Shown here piece after piece: positions 20,672 to 30,011 of a DNA stretch of 64,000 nt. The number at the start of each line of letters is the position of its first letter. The first letter of the stretch is position 1. The DNA is from Candidatus Delongbacteria bacterium (lineage in GTDB: Bacteria > CAIWAD01), in assembly GCA_963663545.1 (NCBI GenBank), contig OY760505.1, positions 2,016,001 through 2,080,000 on the forward strand, in the 5' to 3' direction. Both the position numbers and the translations under genes were made by a program. The notes under the pieces are model-generated. The model did no database searches, was not told where the DNA came from, and was given only the letters and a program-made list of their open reading frames with translations.

Positions 20672-21373
20672 ATGCGTTCGTTACTCCTTCTGCTATTCGT
20701 GTGCGGAGTTGCCAGCGGACTTGAGTTGCGCCCGTTAGCTGACCATGTCTGGCAATACACGACTTCAGTTGAGATGGAAGGCTGGGGGCTTGTTCCGGCC
20801 AACGGGCTGCTAATTGCGGCCGGTGATACCATGATCATGGTAGACACGCCATGGAACGATTCGCTCACCGTGAATCTGATGGATCACATGGAGCAGCAGC
20901 AGCAGCGTGTATCACAGTGGCTTATTATTCCAACGCATTTCCACGACGACTGCATGGGCGGACTTGCGGCTGCACATCTTCGTGGCGCAGAGAGCATTGC
21001 GCTGGATTCAACGCGGGCCATTGCCGAATCGCGAGGGCTACCACTTCCCTTGCGCGTCTTCAGCGGTGATACAAGCCTTGTCGTCAATGGCCAAGTTCTG
21101 GACTTGTTCTGGCCCGGTGGCGCACACACTTCGGACAACATCGTCGTCTACCTTCCGGAAAGCGAGCTTCTTTTTGGCGGTTGCATGATCAAGTGCACGG
21201 GTGCACGAAGTCTGGGAAATCTGCAAGACGCCGACTTGCCTCACTGGTCCGCTGCGCTGGATGCGGTTGTGACACGTTTCGGGGATTCGGTGATCGTTGT
21301 ACCGGGGCACGGCCCTGCTGGGGGGCGGGAGCTTCTGTATCACACAAAGCAGCTACTGGAAGCCCAGGAATAG
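20672..21373 (+). CDS. Subclass B1 metallo-beta-lactamase
   Basis: Signal peptide. Zn ligands in THFHDDCMGG, GAHTSDN, LFGGCMIK and VVPGHG. Also DTPW and LGN motifs. Confidence 0.9.
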   Translation: MRSLLLLLFVCGVASGLELRPLADHVWQYTTSVEMEGWGLVPANGLLIAAGDTMIMVDTPWNDSLTVNLMDHMEQQQQRVSQWLIIPTHFHDDCMGGLAAAHLRGAESIALDSTRAIAESRGLPLPLRVFSGDTSLVVNGQVLDLFWPGGAHTSDNIVVYLPESELLFGGCMIKCTGARSLGNLQDADLPHWSAALDAVVTRFGDSVIVVPGHGPAGGRELLYHTKQLLEAQE

Positions 21374-21643
21374 TCCGCTTCGACTTGCGACTGCAAACAC
21401 ACAAAGCTAAACTTTGCGGCTATGTCGCGTGCTGAATACAGAAAGAGCGCCCTTGCGCGCCTACGTCGTCGCCCCCTGGTTGCCCTGGGCAAGCTGGCGG
21501 CATTGCTGTTCGTCCCCGGAGCCATTCCGGTGATGGGCGCTTTGTTTGCGGCTCGCCTGGCGCAGACTCAGTGCTGGATCAGCGCCCTGATCGACACACT
21601 GCTCTAAACGCTTCCAACTCCGCAACTTCTTGTTTTTCAACTT

Positions 21644-21658
21644 CGGCACAGCCTTTGC
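21644..21658 (+). promoter_or_regulatory. Putative sigma-54 (-24/-12) promoter
   Basis: CGGCACAGCCTTTGC has the exact GG-N10-GC spacing and ends 31 nt before the ATG at 21690. Confidence 0.55.
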
Positions 21659-21689
21659 CCCGTGTATGTGCAAAGCGGGAGGCCGTGTT

Positions 21690-22325
21690 ATGCAGGTAAA
21701 TGGGTTTTCGGCACTTAGCCAGAGGTCAGCGTTGAGTGGCACTTCGTCAACACTCGGTGATGAGGAATCCTTTGCCCGGTCATTGGCAGAGTCGGAAGCA
21801 GAGATGTCGGGTGCGACAGACATCAATGCCACCAGCGATTCGCTCCTGGAGAGCTTCAGCAGCCTGTGGGGCTCCCTCAGTATCGAGAGCTTCCTAGGTT
21901 TTACTCCCGAAGACGAGGGCGTTGTCAGCATCTCCCAGTTGAAGGCGCATGGCCAGCAGCAATTGGAAGAGGTTAACGAGGAGCTTCTTGCCCTGTATCG
22001 GGAAGCTGGCGTGGACACGAGCGAAGAAATCGCCTTGGCTCGTGATACAGGCGGCGTCTGGCGCGTGAGCAATGGCCACAAGGATACAGAGGCCATAGAG
22101 TCATTGTTGGCGGAGAACGATGATTTGACCCAGCGCATGTCGCGTGCTCAGGCCATGCTGCATCTGGCGTCCGTGGCCGAAATGACCGAGCCCTTTCGCG
22201 CGGCTTACGAGCAGGACCCGCAGTCCGCCATCGCGCGCTACAACTGGATCTGGAACAGCCGCTGGTCGGACACCGTGATACAGGCTGGAGGCGCCATCAG
22301 CCAGCGTCTCACACGGGCGGCATGA
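21690..22325 (+). CDS. Hypothetical protein
   Basis: GGGAGG SD before the ATG. 211 aa acidic ORF with a Ser-rich N-terminus. No family recognised. Confidence 0.7.
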   Translation: MQVNGFSALSQRSALSGTSSTLGDEESFARSLAESEAEMSGATDINATSDSLLESFSSLWGSLSIESFLGFTPEDEGVVSISQLKAHGQQQLEEVNEELLALYREAGVDTSEEIALARDTGGVWRVSNGHKDTEAIESLLAENDDLTQRMSRAQAMLHLASVAEMTEPFRAAYEQDPQSAIARYNWIWNSRWSDTVIQAGGAISQRLTRAA

Positions 22326-22348
22326 GGGAGTAGCCGCACGGTCGAGGC

Positions 22349-22387
22349 AAAAAGATTGCCCGCCGAGGAATAGCTCCCGGGCGGGCA
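22349..22387 (-). terminator. Terminator between convergent genes
   Basis: TGCCCGCC...GGCGGGCA stem preceded by AAAAAGA, giving a U-tract on the minus strand. Confidence 0.65.
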
Positions 22388-22412
22388 CAACCCCCAACAA
22401 ATCGTGAAAAGA

Positions 22413-23558
22413 CTAGGCCGTTGTCAACACACTAATGGGCTCCTGAACCCCAATGGTAGTAGCAAAAGCGTCCAGACGCTGAAGCAGCGTTTGTGTGACC
22501 AGTGTATTGCGTGCGGCAAGCAGCATGCCGTTCTGTGCCAGCACATCCTCGTTTAGCACCATGCCAACAACCAGCTGACTCACCTTTACCTGGCGCAGAA
22601 TGGTCGGCTCCAGGTCCGCAGCCGTGTAGTCCGCCAGCAGATTCACAAAGGCGGGATTGAATAGTGAGGGCTGAATGCGCAGCGCTTGAATGGCTTGCTC
22701 GCTCTCCATGCCGCGCAGCAACATGCGGTCGTAGGTAAGACTGATCGCCAGCAAATGCCCGCCAATTTGAATGCGATAGCGCTTGCGCACTTCTGGATCG
22801 TGGACGTCTTCGCGGAATGGATCCATTTGCATGCGCACCATCTCCGCCACATCCTCCAAACGCGGAATCTTCTTCAGCATTTCCGCACCAGCGGTGGGGT
22901 GAGCGCGCCAACGATCCATTTCCTGCTTGTCCAGTTTGTCTCCCGCGTAGAAGCGCTTGATCATTCCTTCGTCCAGGTTGATGCAACCTAGCTGCGAAAG
23001 TAGCGCGGCCAACTCGTAGAGCCACTTGTCGGGCAGCTCCAGCTTCTCGGCCATGTGTGCCACCACATCGCGAATGCGCAGACTCTGGCCGAAGGAAGTG
23101 GGATTGACCAAGCTGAGCACTTCTGCCAGCACGTTTACGCTTCCACGAAGTGTGCCCTCAAGCAGCTCCTTTTCGGCCTGTACCAGCTGGTATTGGCGGA
23201 TTGCGTCGCGCACGGTCAGCACTAGCGTCTCGGTTTGCGCCGGCTTCAGTAGAAAGCGATAGATGCTTCCCAGGTTGATGGCCTGCACAGCGGTGTCCAG
23301 GTCGGCGTTGCCCGTGAGCATTACGCGCACCGTGTTTGGCCAATGCTTCTGCACTTCTGATAGCAGTGTGACTCCGTCCATCTGCGGCATGCGCTGATCC
23401 GAAACGACAACAGCATACGGGCCGTTGGTAGTAAGCTTCTCCAGCGCTTCATGCCCGCCGTTGGCGGTCTCCAGCACAAACTCCTTGCGCAGCGAACGGC
23501 GAATGCCATCCAGCACATTCGGTTCATCGTCGACAAAGAGGACCCGGTACTCAGACAT
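22413..23558 (-). CDS. Response regulator with a degenerate HD/HD-GYP-like output domain
   Basis: REC (LFVDDE, VSDQRMP, LTG, KP). The HD position reads LLSQLG and no GYP motif is present. Confidence 0.85.
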   Translation of the reverse strand: MSEYRVLFVDDEPNVLDGIRRSLRKEFVLETANGGHEALEKLTTNGPYAVVVSDQRMPQMDGVTLLSEVQKHWPNTVRVMLTGNADLDTAVQAINLGSIYRFLLKPAQTETLVLTVRDAIRQYQLVQAEKELLEGTLRGSVNVLAEVLSLVNPTSFGQSLRIRDVVAHMAEKLELPDKWLYELAALLSQLGCINLDEGMIKRFYAGDKLDKQEMDRWRAHPTAGAEMLKKIPRLEDVAEMVRMQMDPFREDVHDPEVRKRYRIQIGGHLLAISLTYDRMLLRGMESEQAIQALRIQPSLFNPAFVNLLADYTAADLEPTILRQVKVSQLVVGMVLNEDVLAQNGMLLAARNTLVTQTLLQRLDAFATTIGVQEPISVLTTA

Positions 23559-24762
23559 TGCGCTGCTCCTTGTTCAGTTGGCTGCAGATGCGTGCCCATT
23601 CGTCCAGTTTTGAATAACAACCAATCTGTTTCAGGTATTCCATATCGATGGGCAGGCCCTTGTCGCTGGGGCTGATCAAGCCGTTGGCCACATGCACGGC
23701 AGTTAGCGGGCTAAAACTTCCGCCCGTACCCGCTGCCGCCGGATCATGATGCCAGGCAATGGCTGCCACGACCGCGTCGGGAAGGCCCCACAGGGACATC
23801 AAATACGCGCCGACTTGCGCATGACTAGCACCGAAGACCTCGTACTCCGCGTGCCACAAACCAAGATGTTTGAACTCCGAGATCTCCATCGCCACGTTGT
23901 ACTGCGCCGGAAGGTTGGCCGCCAGAATCAGCTTGCCCAGATCGTGCAGCATGCCAGCGATAAAGGCCTGGCCGGTTTCGATGCTCTTTTCACCCAGCAT
24001 GGAAGCGGCAATGGCCTTGGACCATGTGGCGCAGGTCAGACTGTGCTGCCAGAGCTGATTGATATCGAGTGCCGGACCTTCCTGCCCCTGGAACTCGGAG
24101 AAGACCTTGATGGAGAGCACCAGCGTGACCACAATGTCCAGCCCCAGCAGGCTTGCAGCGATGGCGGGATCGTCCACCTGACGCGGCAGGCCGAAGAAGG
24201 CCGAATTCACCAGCTGCAGGATTTTGGCCGACATGCCCACATCCTGCCGGATGATGTTACCAATGCGCTTCATCGAAGCATCCGGAGCCTTGGCCTCGGC
24301 CAGAATGCTATGGTACAGGTTCGGTGCGCTGGGTACCGTGCCCACTCGCGAAAGCAGCTTGACCAGCGACTGATCGCTGAGTAGCTGCCGCAACTGATAG
24401 GTGCGGTTGATGGCGTGTTTCAGCAGGTCTGGCTCGCAGGGCTTGGCCAGAAACTGGTGCGTGGGAATCACCGAGGCCAGCACCGACGAACGCTCGCTGT
24501 GACCCGATAAAATGATGCGGACAACTTCTGGCCAGCGGTCGCGGACTTCGCACAGCAATGTGGTGCCGTCCATCTCGGGCATACGCATATCGCTGACGAT
24601 GACATCGGTAGGATGAGACTCCATGAATTTCAGTGCTTCCGCGCCGGTTTCGACATAGAAGGTGTCCCATTCCTTTCGCATTGGGCGCATGCTTCGCCGC
24701 AGACCATCGAGCACGCGCCCTTCGTCATCCACGAACAGAATTTGCAGGTTTCTCTCAGCCAT
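23551..24762 (-). CDS. Response regulator with an HDOD domain
   Basis: REC (FVDDE, SDMRMP). HDOD motifs ILQLVNSAFFGL, LWQHS, GMLHDLGKL, HAQVGAYLMSLWGLP. Confidence 0.9.
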   Translation of the reverse strand: MAERNLQILFVDDEGRVLDGLRRSMRPMRKEWDTFYVETGAEALKFMESHPTDVIVSDMRMPEMDGTTLLCEVRDRWPEVVRIILSGHSERSSVLASVIPTHQFLAKPCEPDLLKHAINRTYQLRQLLSDQSLVKLLSRVGTVPSAPNLYHSILAEAKAPDASMKRIGNIIRQDVGMSAKILQLVNSAFFGLPRQVDDPAIAASLLGLDIVVTLVLSIKVFSEFQGQEGPALDINQLWQHSLTCATWSKAIAASMLGEKSIETGQAFIAGMLHDLGKLILAANLPAQYNVAMEISEFKHLGLWHAEYEVFGASHAQVGAYLMSLWGLPDAVVAAIAWHHDPAAAGTGGSFSPLTAVHVANGLISPSDKGLPIDMEYLKQIGCYSKLDEWARICSQLNKEQRNV

Positions 24763-27628
24763 TGTCGCTCTCGCTTCCTATGGGAATCCACAAGTGGAAG
24801 GTTGTGCCCTCGCCTACCACCGACTCGAGCTCTACCTTGCCGCCGTGCTTGTCGCAGACGATGTGGTGGACGATCGAAAGCCCCTGCCCCGTTCCTTTGC
24901 CCACCTGTTTCGTTGTGAAGAAAGGGTCAAAGATTTTATCCCGCACCGAGTCAGGGATGCCGGATCCCGTATCGGAAATGGAGACCACCACATTGTCCCC
25001 TTCACCGCGGGTTTTTACTCGAATAATGCCTTTGCCGCCGCCCTTGTGTTTTTCTTCGATGGCGTGCGCTGCGTTGGTAATGATGTTGAGGAAGGCCTGG
25101 TTCAGCTCTGCGGCCAGGCAGAACACCTGCGGTAGTTGCGGATCCAGCTCCAGTTCCACATCGGCCACATACTTCCACTCGTTGCGAGCCACCGTCAGCG
25201 TGCTGTCCAGCGCCATGTTGATGTCGTTGTAGGACATGTTCTGTGATCCGGGGTGCGAGAAATCCTTCATGGCGCGCACGATGGTTGAGACGCGCTCAAT
25301 GCCTTCCAGGCTCTGGTTGATGGCGCGCGGAATCTCCTCCAGGATGAATTCCAGATCCAGGTCCTCTGCCTTCTGGTGCAGGGCTTTGAGGGGTTCGCAG
25401 GCCTCGGGACGCTGTGATGCTTTGCCCACGGTCTCTCGCATCTCGACCAACAGCTCACTTAGATCCTCGAAGCTCTCTTTGAGGAAGCGCGTGTTGTCGC
25501 CGATGTACTGGGTCGGCGTGTTGATTTCGTGGGCGATACCGGCGGCGAGCTGACCGATGGCTTCCATCTTCTGCGCCTGGCGCAACTGCGTTTCCAGCTT
25601 GGCCATTTGTGATACATCGCGCATTACCGCCACGTAGTTCACGATCTGATCCTGACGGTCGAAGACGGGCGAAATGGAGACTTCTTCTTCGATTACACCG
25701 CCATCCTTGCGGCGATTGAAGAGCTTGCCGGTCCACACCTTGCCGGCGGAAATGGTCTGCCACATCGAGCGAAAGAAGTCCTTGTCGTGGCGGTTCGAGT
25801 TCAGCAGGCTGGGGGTCTTGCCTATTACTTCGGCACTGGTATAGCCCGTGGCTCGTTCGAAAGAGGGATTCACGTAGGTGATTTCGCCGTCGGTATCTGT
25901 AATGACAATGCTCTCGTCGGTTTGTGCTACAACGGCACTCAGGCGGTTCAGCTCTATGATGTGACGCTCGCGATCCAGCGTGCTCGACAGGGTGCGTGCG
26001 AAGAGTTGCAAAGTGGTCTGAATGTCCTCCGACCAGCCGCGGTCCCTTGTCGTGTTTTCAAAGAGCAGCAGATGTGTGGGGCGCGCACCTGACTCAACAG
26101 CAGTGATCAGAAGGCTCTGTGTATCACGCGAATCACAGATTGTGAGCAGGTCATCGGACTGCGGCGGCACCTGTTTCAGGTTGTTCAGGATCACTGATCC
26201 GCGTGAAAGAGCGATTCGCAGCCAGGGATGACTCAGCAGTGTTACATCGATCGGCTGCAGTTGCCTGGCGGCGTCCAGATTGGGCCAGGCTTGGCGGACC
26301 TTGTATCGCAGACCCTCTTCGTCAAGCTCCAACACACTGGAGCGTGTGGCGAACAATAAATGCGAAAGCGATTCCAGTGCATCACGCAGCACTTCGTCCA
26401 TATTGCTCTTGACCAGAAAGCGGGTCATGATGCTGGCCATCACTTGTTCAGCCTTGCGCCGGCTTTCCAGACGATTTACCGCTCGTTGGCGCTCGCTGAT
26501 ATCGTGTATCACGGCGATCAGGCCAATGACGTTTTCGTACTCGTCGTGCTGGTGACTGATCACAACTTCCAGATAGCGGCTGCGCTGCCCGGGTCGCGGC
26601 AGGCGCACAACGCAGGAGCGCGTGGGTTTTTCAGGATCCAGCTCAAGCTGGTAGGAGTCGAATTCGGCTTGTACGCCCTCAAGCAGTTCCCGCAGCATTG
26701 TGCCGGGCACCGCTTCCTCTCCGCCGATCAGCGGAGTCGTGGCCGGATTCGCGTATTGAATAAAGCCGTCGGTGCTCATGAGCACGATGCCCAGTGTGCG
26801 ATTTTCCACCAGATCACGAAAGCGGTTTTCGCTACTGCGCAAGCGATGAATAGCGTCCTGCTCGGTGAGCTTGGAGCTGATCAGTCGCACCATGCCCTTG
26901 ATCAGCTGGCTTTCTTCCTCATGGATCGTGTGGCCCGTCAACGGCTTGCATAGCCGCAAATAGCCACGCTCGCGCCCGTTGATCGAAATCGGCTGTGAGA
27001 CGCAGTTGCCGTCTTCGACGCACTCCCCTTCACGAAAGACCATGCCACCCAGATTCAGCTCGATGCAGGAATTGCGCTGATCGGCAAGGCTGGTGTAAAG
27101 CATGCGAACCAGCGGGGAGATGTGATCCATCAGGTTATCGGACTTGGAAAGAATGGAAGCCGCTGAATACAGACAGGTGATTTCCTTTATGCGCTCGCCG
27201 TAGCGCTGCAACAGACCCACTTGTCGCTCTTCTTCCGCCTTGTGCTTGGTGATGTCCATCATGCTGACAACCAAGCTGTCGATGCCAGCCAGGTTGGCGC
27301 GACTGATGACGACCTGCACCGGTGTGGCTTCGGCACCTTGGCGCAGGATTGCCAGTTCGCCGGTGCAAGTGTCGCCAAAGCGAAATTGGCTGAGTAGACG
27401 CGGAAGGTCGCCTTCTACAAGTTCCGGCAGGCTCCGACCGAAGCATTCCTCTGGACTGAGGCCCGACATGGTGCCGAAAACAGGATTCGTTTCGATTACG
27501 ACCAGGCTGTCGGCGTCCACCTGCAAAATGGCAGACGGTAGCGCATTCAACACTTCGCGCATGCGCTCTGCATTGCGTGCCGGACGCTGTTTCAGCTCCT
27601 CCAGGTAGGCGGCGATTCTCTCTTTCAC
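24755..27628 (-). CDS. Cytoplasmic multi-PAS/GAF sensor histidine kinase (NtrB-like)
   Basis: GTG start after GAGGG. Several PAS folds, H-box AGIAHEINTP, N/G1/F/G2 boxes (NIITNA, DTGSGI, FDPFFTTK, GTGQGL). Confidence 0.9.
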   Translation of the reverse strand: MKERIAAYLEELKQRPARNAERMREVLNALPSAILQVDADSLVVIETNPVFGTMSGLSPEECFGRSLPELVEGDLPRLLSQFRFGDTCTGELAILRQGAEATPVQVVISRANLAGIDSLVVSMMDITKHKAEEERQVGLLQRYGERIKEITCLYSAASILSKSDNLMDHISPLVRMLYTSLADQRNSCIELNLGGMVFREGECVEDGNCVSQPISINGRERGYLRLCKPLTGHTIHEEESQLIKGMVRLISSKLTEQDAIHRLRSSENRFRDLVENRTLGIVLMSTDGFIQYANPATTPLIGGEEAVPGTMLRELLEGVQAEFDSYQLELDPEKPTRSCVVRLPRPGQRSRYLEVVISHQHDEYENVIGLIAVIHDISERQRAVNRLESRRKAEQVMASIMTRFLVKSNMDEVLRDALESLSHLLFATRSSVLELDEEGLRYKVRQAWPNLDAARQLQPIDVTLLSHPWLRIALSRGSVILNNLKQVPPQSDDLLTICDSRDTQSLLITAVESGARPTHLLLFENTTRDRGWSEDIQTTLQLFARTLSSTLDRERHIIELNRLSAVVAQTDESIVITDTDGEITYVNPSFERATGYTSAEVIGKTPSLLNSNRHDKDFFRSMWQTISAGKVWTGKLFNRRKDGGVIEEEVSISPVFDRQDQIVNYVAVMRDVSQMAKLETQLRQAQKMEAIGQLAAGIAHEINTPTQYIGDNTRFLKESFEDLSELLVEMRETVGKASQRPEACEPLKALHQKAEDLDLEFILEEIPRAINQSLEGIERVSTIVRAMKDFSHPGSQNMSYNDINMALDSTLTVARNEWKYVADVELELDPQLPQVFCLAAELNQAFLNIITNAAHAIEEKHKGGGKGIIRVKTRGEGDNVVVSISDTGSGIPDSVRDKIFDPFFTTKQVGKGTGQGLSIVHHIVCDKHGGKVELESVVGEGTTFHLWIPIGSESDNG

Positions 27629-27774
27629 ACGCGGTCCCTCATTTCGTAGCTGGAGTATCGGTGTTTTTAATGGTGGAGTTGACTCTCCAGGCGTTTGAAA
27701 ACGGTGGCTCAAGGTCTCTAAACAGGCGCTTGCAGAGTGAAGCGGAGCCGCCCTTAGCTCCTGTTTTCCGATGA

Positions 27775-27813
27775 GTAACGGCATCCTGACAGGAAATGAA
27801 CATAAGCTGAACA
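27775..27813 (+). promoter_or_regulatory. 11-bp-period direct repeats (OmpR/PhoB-type box candidate)
   Basis: GTAACG (27775), CTGACA (27786), TGAACA (27797) and TGAACA (27808), upstream of the porin gene. Confidence 0.45.
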
Positions 27814-27860
27814 GACCAACCTGAGCTTGTCGTGCTGTAGTGGGAAGCACCGGAGGACGG

Positions 27861-29006
27861 ATGAAGACTTGGCCGAGCCTGCTGTTTTTGCTGTTGCTGA
27901 TACACTCGGCGCAGGCTCAATTCACGCTGGCATATCCGAAGGGCAGAATGGAGTTGGAGGGCTGGCTGCGCGTTGCCTGGAACCATCGCTTTTATGCCGA
28001 CGATGACACGGATTCGGATTATGCCCATAATCGCATATATGTACAGCGTGCAAGCTTGAAAGCTTCGGGCATCATGTACACGCGTTTCGAGTACGAGATG
28101 AACTTGGAACTACGCGGCTATAACGGGCTTGAGCGCGAGACGGGCCACGAGGACGATCACACAGGCTTTTCGGCGCGCGACCTTTACATCGGCTGGCGAC
28201 CCGACAACCGGCTGAGTATTCGCCTGGGTCAGATGAAAGTACCCTTCAGTCGCAAGCGCATGCTTCCGCTTTATCTGCAGAGCACGATCAGTCGGCCGGA
28301 TCTGGCGGACGGTTTTGTGCCGGGCAGGGATCGCGGTCTGCTGCTGCGCGCGCGCGACGCCCGTAGACGGTTTACGGCGTATGCGGGTGTTTTCACCGGC
28401 AACGGTGACAATCGCAAGTACAACGATCGTAAGGGCCGCTACCTGCTGGCGGGACGCGTGGAGATTCAACCCTTCGGCTTCATTGGCAAGGACGAGGGCG
28501 ATTTGGATCACAGCCCGCGACCCCTACTGCTAATGGGAGCAAATGTGGCGCAGTCCCACGATGATCGCGCCACAGAGGAGGAACAGGCTGAGTATCTGCG
28601 CACAATTCCCGGACGAAAACGGGCCTATGGTGGCGATATCAGTCTGAAGCTTCGTGGCCTGTTTGTCACTGCGGAGTTTGATCATGCACGATTTGATCCG
28701 GAGGAGGGCGCCGACTTCGTTGCCGGTGGCTGGCTGACGCAGATCTCTTATGCCATCAAAGGCCTGCCGGGAATGCCAGAGGAGTTCGTGGTGGAGCCGC
28801 TGCTGGCCTACGACGAATTCAATCCAAGCAACAAGGTGGAAGATGTAACACAGCGTACGCTGACTTCGGGTATCAATTTCCTGCCCGAGGGCCACGGAAT
28901 GAAGGTGATGCTGAACTGGTATCACCGCCTGCCCTTGAGCAGCGCTCATGACGAGGGATGGAAAGAGGATGAAGTTCGCCTGCTGGTTCAATTGTGGATT
29001 CAATGA
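27861..29006 (+). CDS. Outer-membrane porin, OprO/OprP (phosphate-selective porin)-like
   Basis: GGAGG SD, signal peptide, RLGQMKVPFS, GRDRG, YAGVFTGNG, GRVEIQPFG..DEGDL, amphipathic beta strands. Confidence 0.75.
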   Translation: MKTWPSLLFLLLLIHSAQAQFTLAYPKGRMELEGWLRVAWNHRFYADDDTDSDYAHNRIYVQRASLKASGIMYTRFEYEMNLELRGYNGLERETGHEDDHTGFSARDLYIGWRPDNRLSIRLGQMKVPFSRKRMLPLYLQSTISRPDLADGFVPGRDRGLLLRARDARRRFTAYAGVFTGNGDNRKYNDRKGRYLLAGRVEIQPFGFIGKDEGDLDHSPRPLLLMGANVAQSHDDRATEEEQAEYLRTIPGRKRAYGGDISLKLRGLFVTAEFDHARFDPEEGADFVAGGWLTQISYAIKGLPGMPEEFVVEPLLAYDEFNPSNKVEDVTQRTLTSGINFLPEGHGMKVMLNWYHRLPLSSAHDEGWKEDEVRLLVQLWIQ

Positions 29007-30010
29007 TGCGCGCAAACACCATGCATTTTGACGCCGGAATTTGTCTGCTTCTATTTGTGGCAATCTTCAGCGTTGGCTGTGTTACCGACGACCTAGATCC
29101 CATTGGTGGCGGTCCGGTACTCAACGAGTTTATGGCAGACAACGACGGTGTCATCGCCGACGAGTACGGCGGTTTCGACGATTGGGTGGAACTGTACAAC
29201 CCCACTTCCCAGGCCTTTTCGCTGAACGGAATGCGTATCACGGACAACATGGGTGACATAGCGCAGTTCAGTCTGCTGGCTCCGGATTCCATGCTAGGAC
29301 CGGGCGAGTTCTGCCTGGTCTGGTGTGACGGTGAACCGGAGCAGGGGCCATTTCATGCGCCTTTCAAACTGTCGGCAGGAGGCGAATCCATTGGGCTGAT
29401 CTCAGCAGACGGCGAAATCTGGTACGACCAGATCGCCTATGATGCTCAGCAGACCGATGTGTCACAAGGACGTACTCCTGACGGCTGTGATACGTGGCAA
29501 ACCTTTTCGTCACCAACGCCCGGATTACCCAACGATACGGTAATTGTCGATCACCCACACCCCGCGGGGAGCCTGGTGGTGAACGAGCTGATGTCTTCCA
29601 ATGTCAGCTGCTGCACCGACGAGTTTGGTGAGCACGCCGACTGGCTGGAGCTGTACAATGGCAGCGCTGAAGCGGTGCGGCTGAATGGTTTGTACTTCAG
29701 TGACACAGCTGGGAATCCCTTGCGCTTTCGTCTTCAGTTCGATCGCGACAGCCTGCTTGCTCCGGGTGAATTTCTTCTACTATGGTGCGACGAGCAGATG
29801 GCCCAGGGAGCCACGCACACCAACTTTGCTCTCTCTTCCAACGGCGAAGAGGTTCTGGTGACAGCGGCCGATGGAGAGACATTGTTGTGTCACGTCGAAT
29901 TTCCCGCGCTTGCCCAAGATCACAGCTATGCACGAATTACGGACGGTGATCCAAACTGGCTGGAGAACGCCTCTGCCACTCCTGGTGCGAGCAATGGAGG
30001 GGGGAATTAG
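29003..30010 (+). CDS. Lipoprotein with two lamin-tail domains
   Basis: Lipobox SVGC. Two copies of NE(F/L)M...DW(V/L)ELYN...TPG.N. ATGA overlap with the porin stop. Confidence 0.8.
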   Translation: MMRANTMHFDAGICLLLFVAIFSVGCVTDDLDPIGGGPVLNEFMADNDGVIADEYGGFDDWVELYNPTSQAFSLNGMRITDNMGDIAQFSLLAPDSMLGPGEFCLVWCDGEPEQGPFHAPFKLSAGGESIGLISADGEIWYDQIAYDAQQTDVSQGRTPDGCDTWQTFSSPTPGLPNDTVIVDHPHPAGSLVVNELMSSNVSCCTDEFGEHADWLELYNGSAEAVRLNGLYFSDTAGNPLRFRLQFDRDSLLAPGEFLLLWCDEQMAQGATHTNFALSSNGEEVLVTAADGETLLCHVEFPALAQDHSYARITDGDPNWLENASATPGASNGGGN

Positions 30011-30011
30011 C

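Noticed and set aside
21422..21607. 61-aa ORF with a hydrophobic stretch between the beta-lactamase and the 21690 gene
   Set aside because: No SD and no recognisable family. It could be a real small membrane protein, but the sequence alone does not support it.
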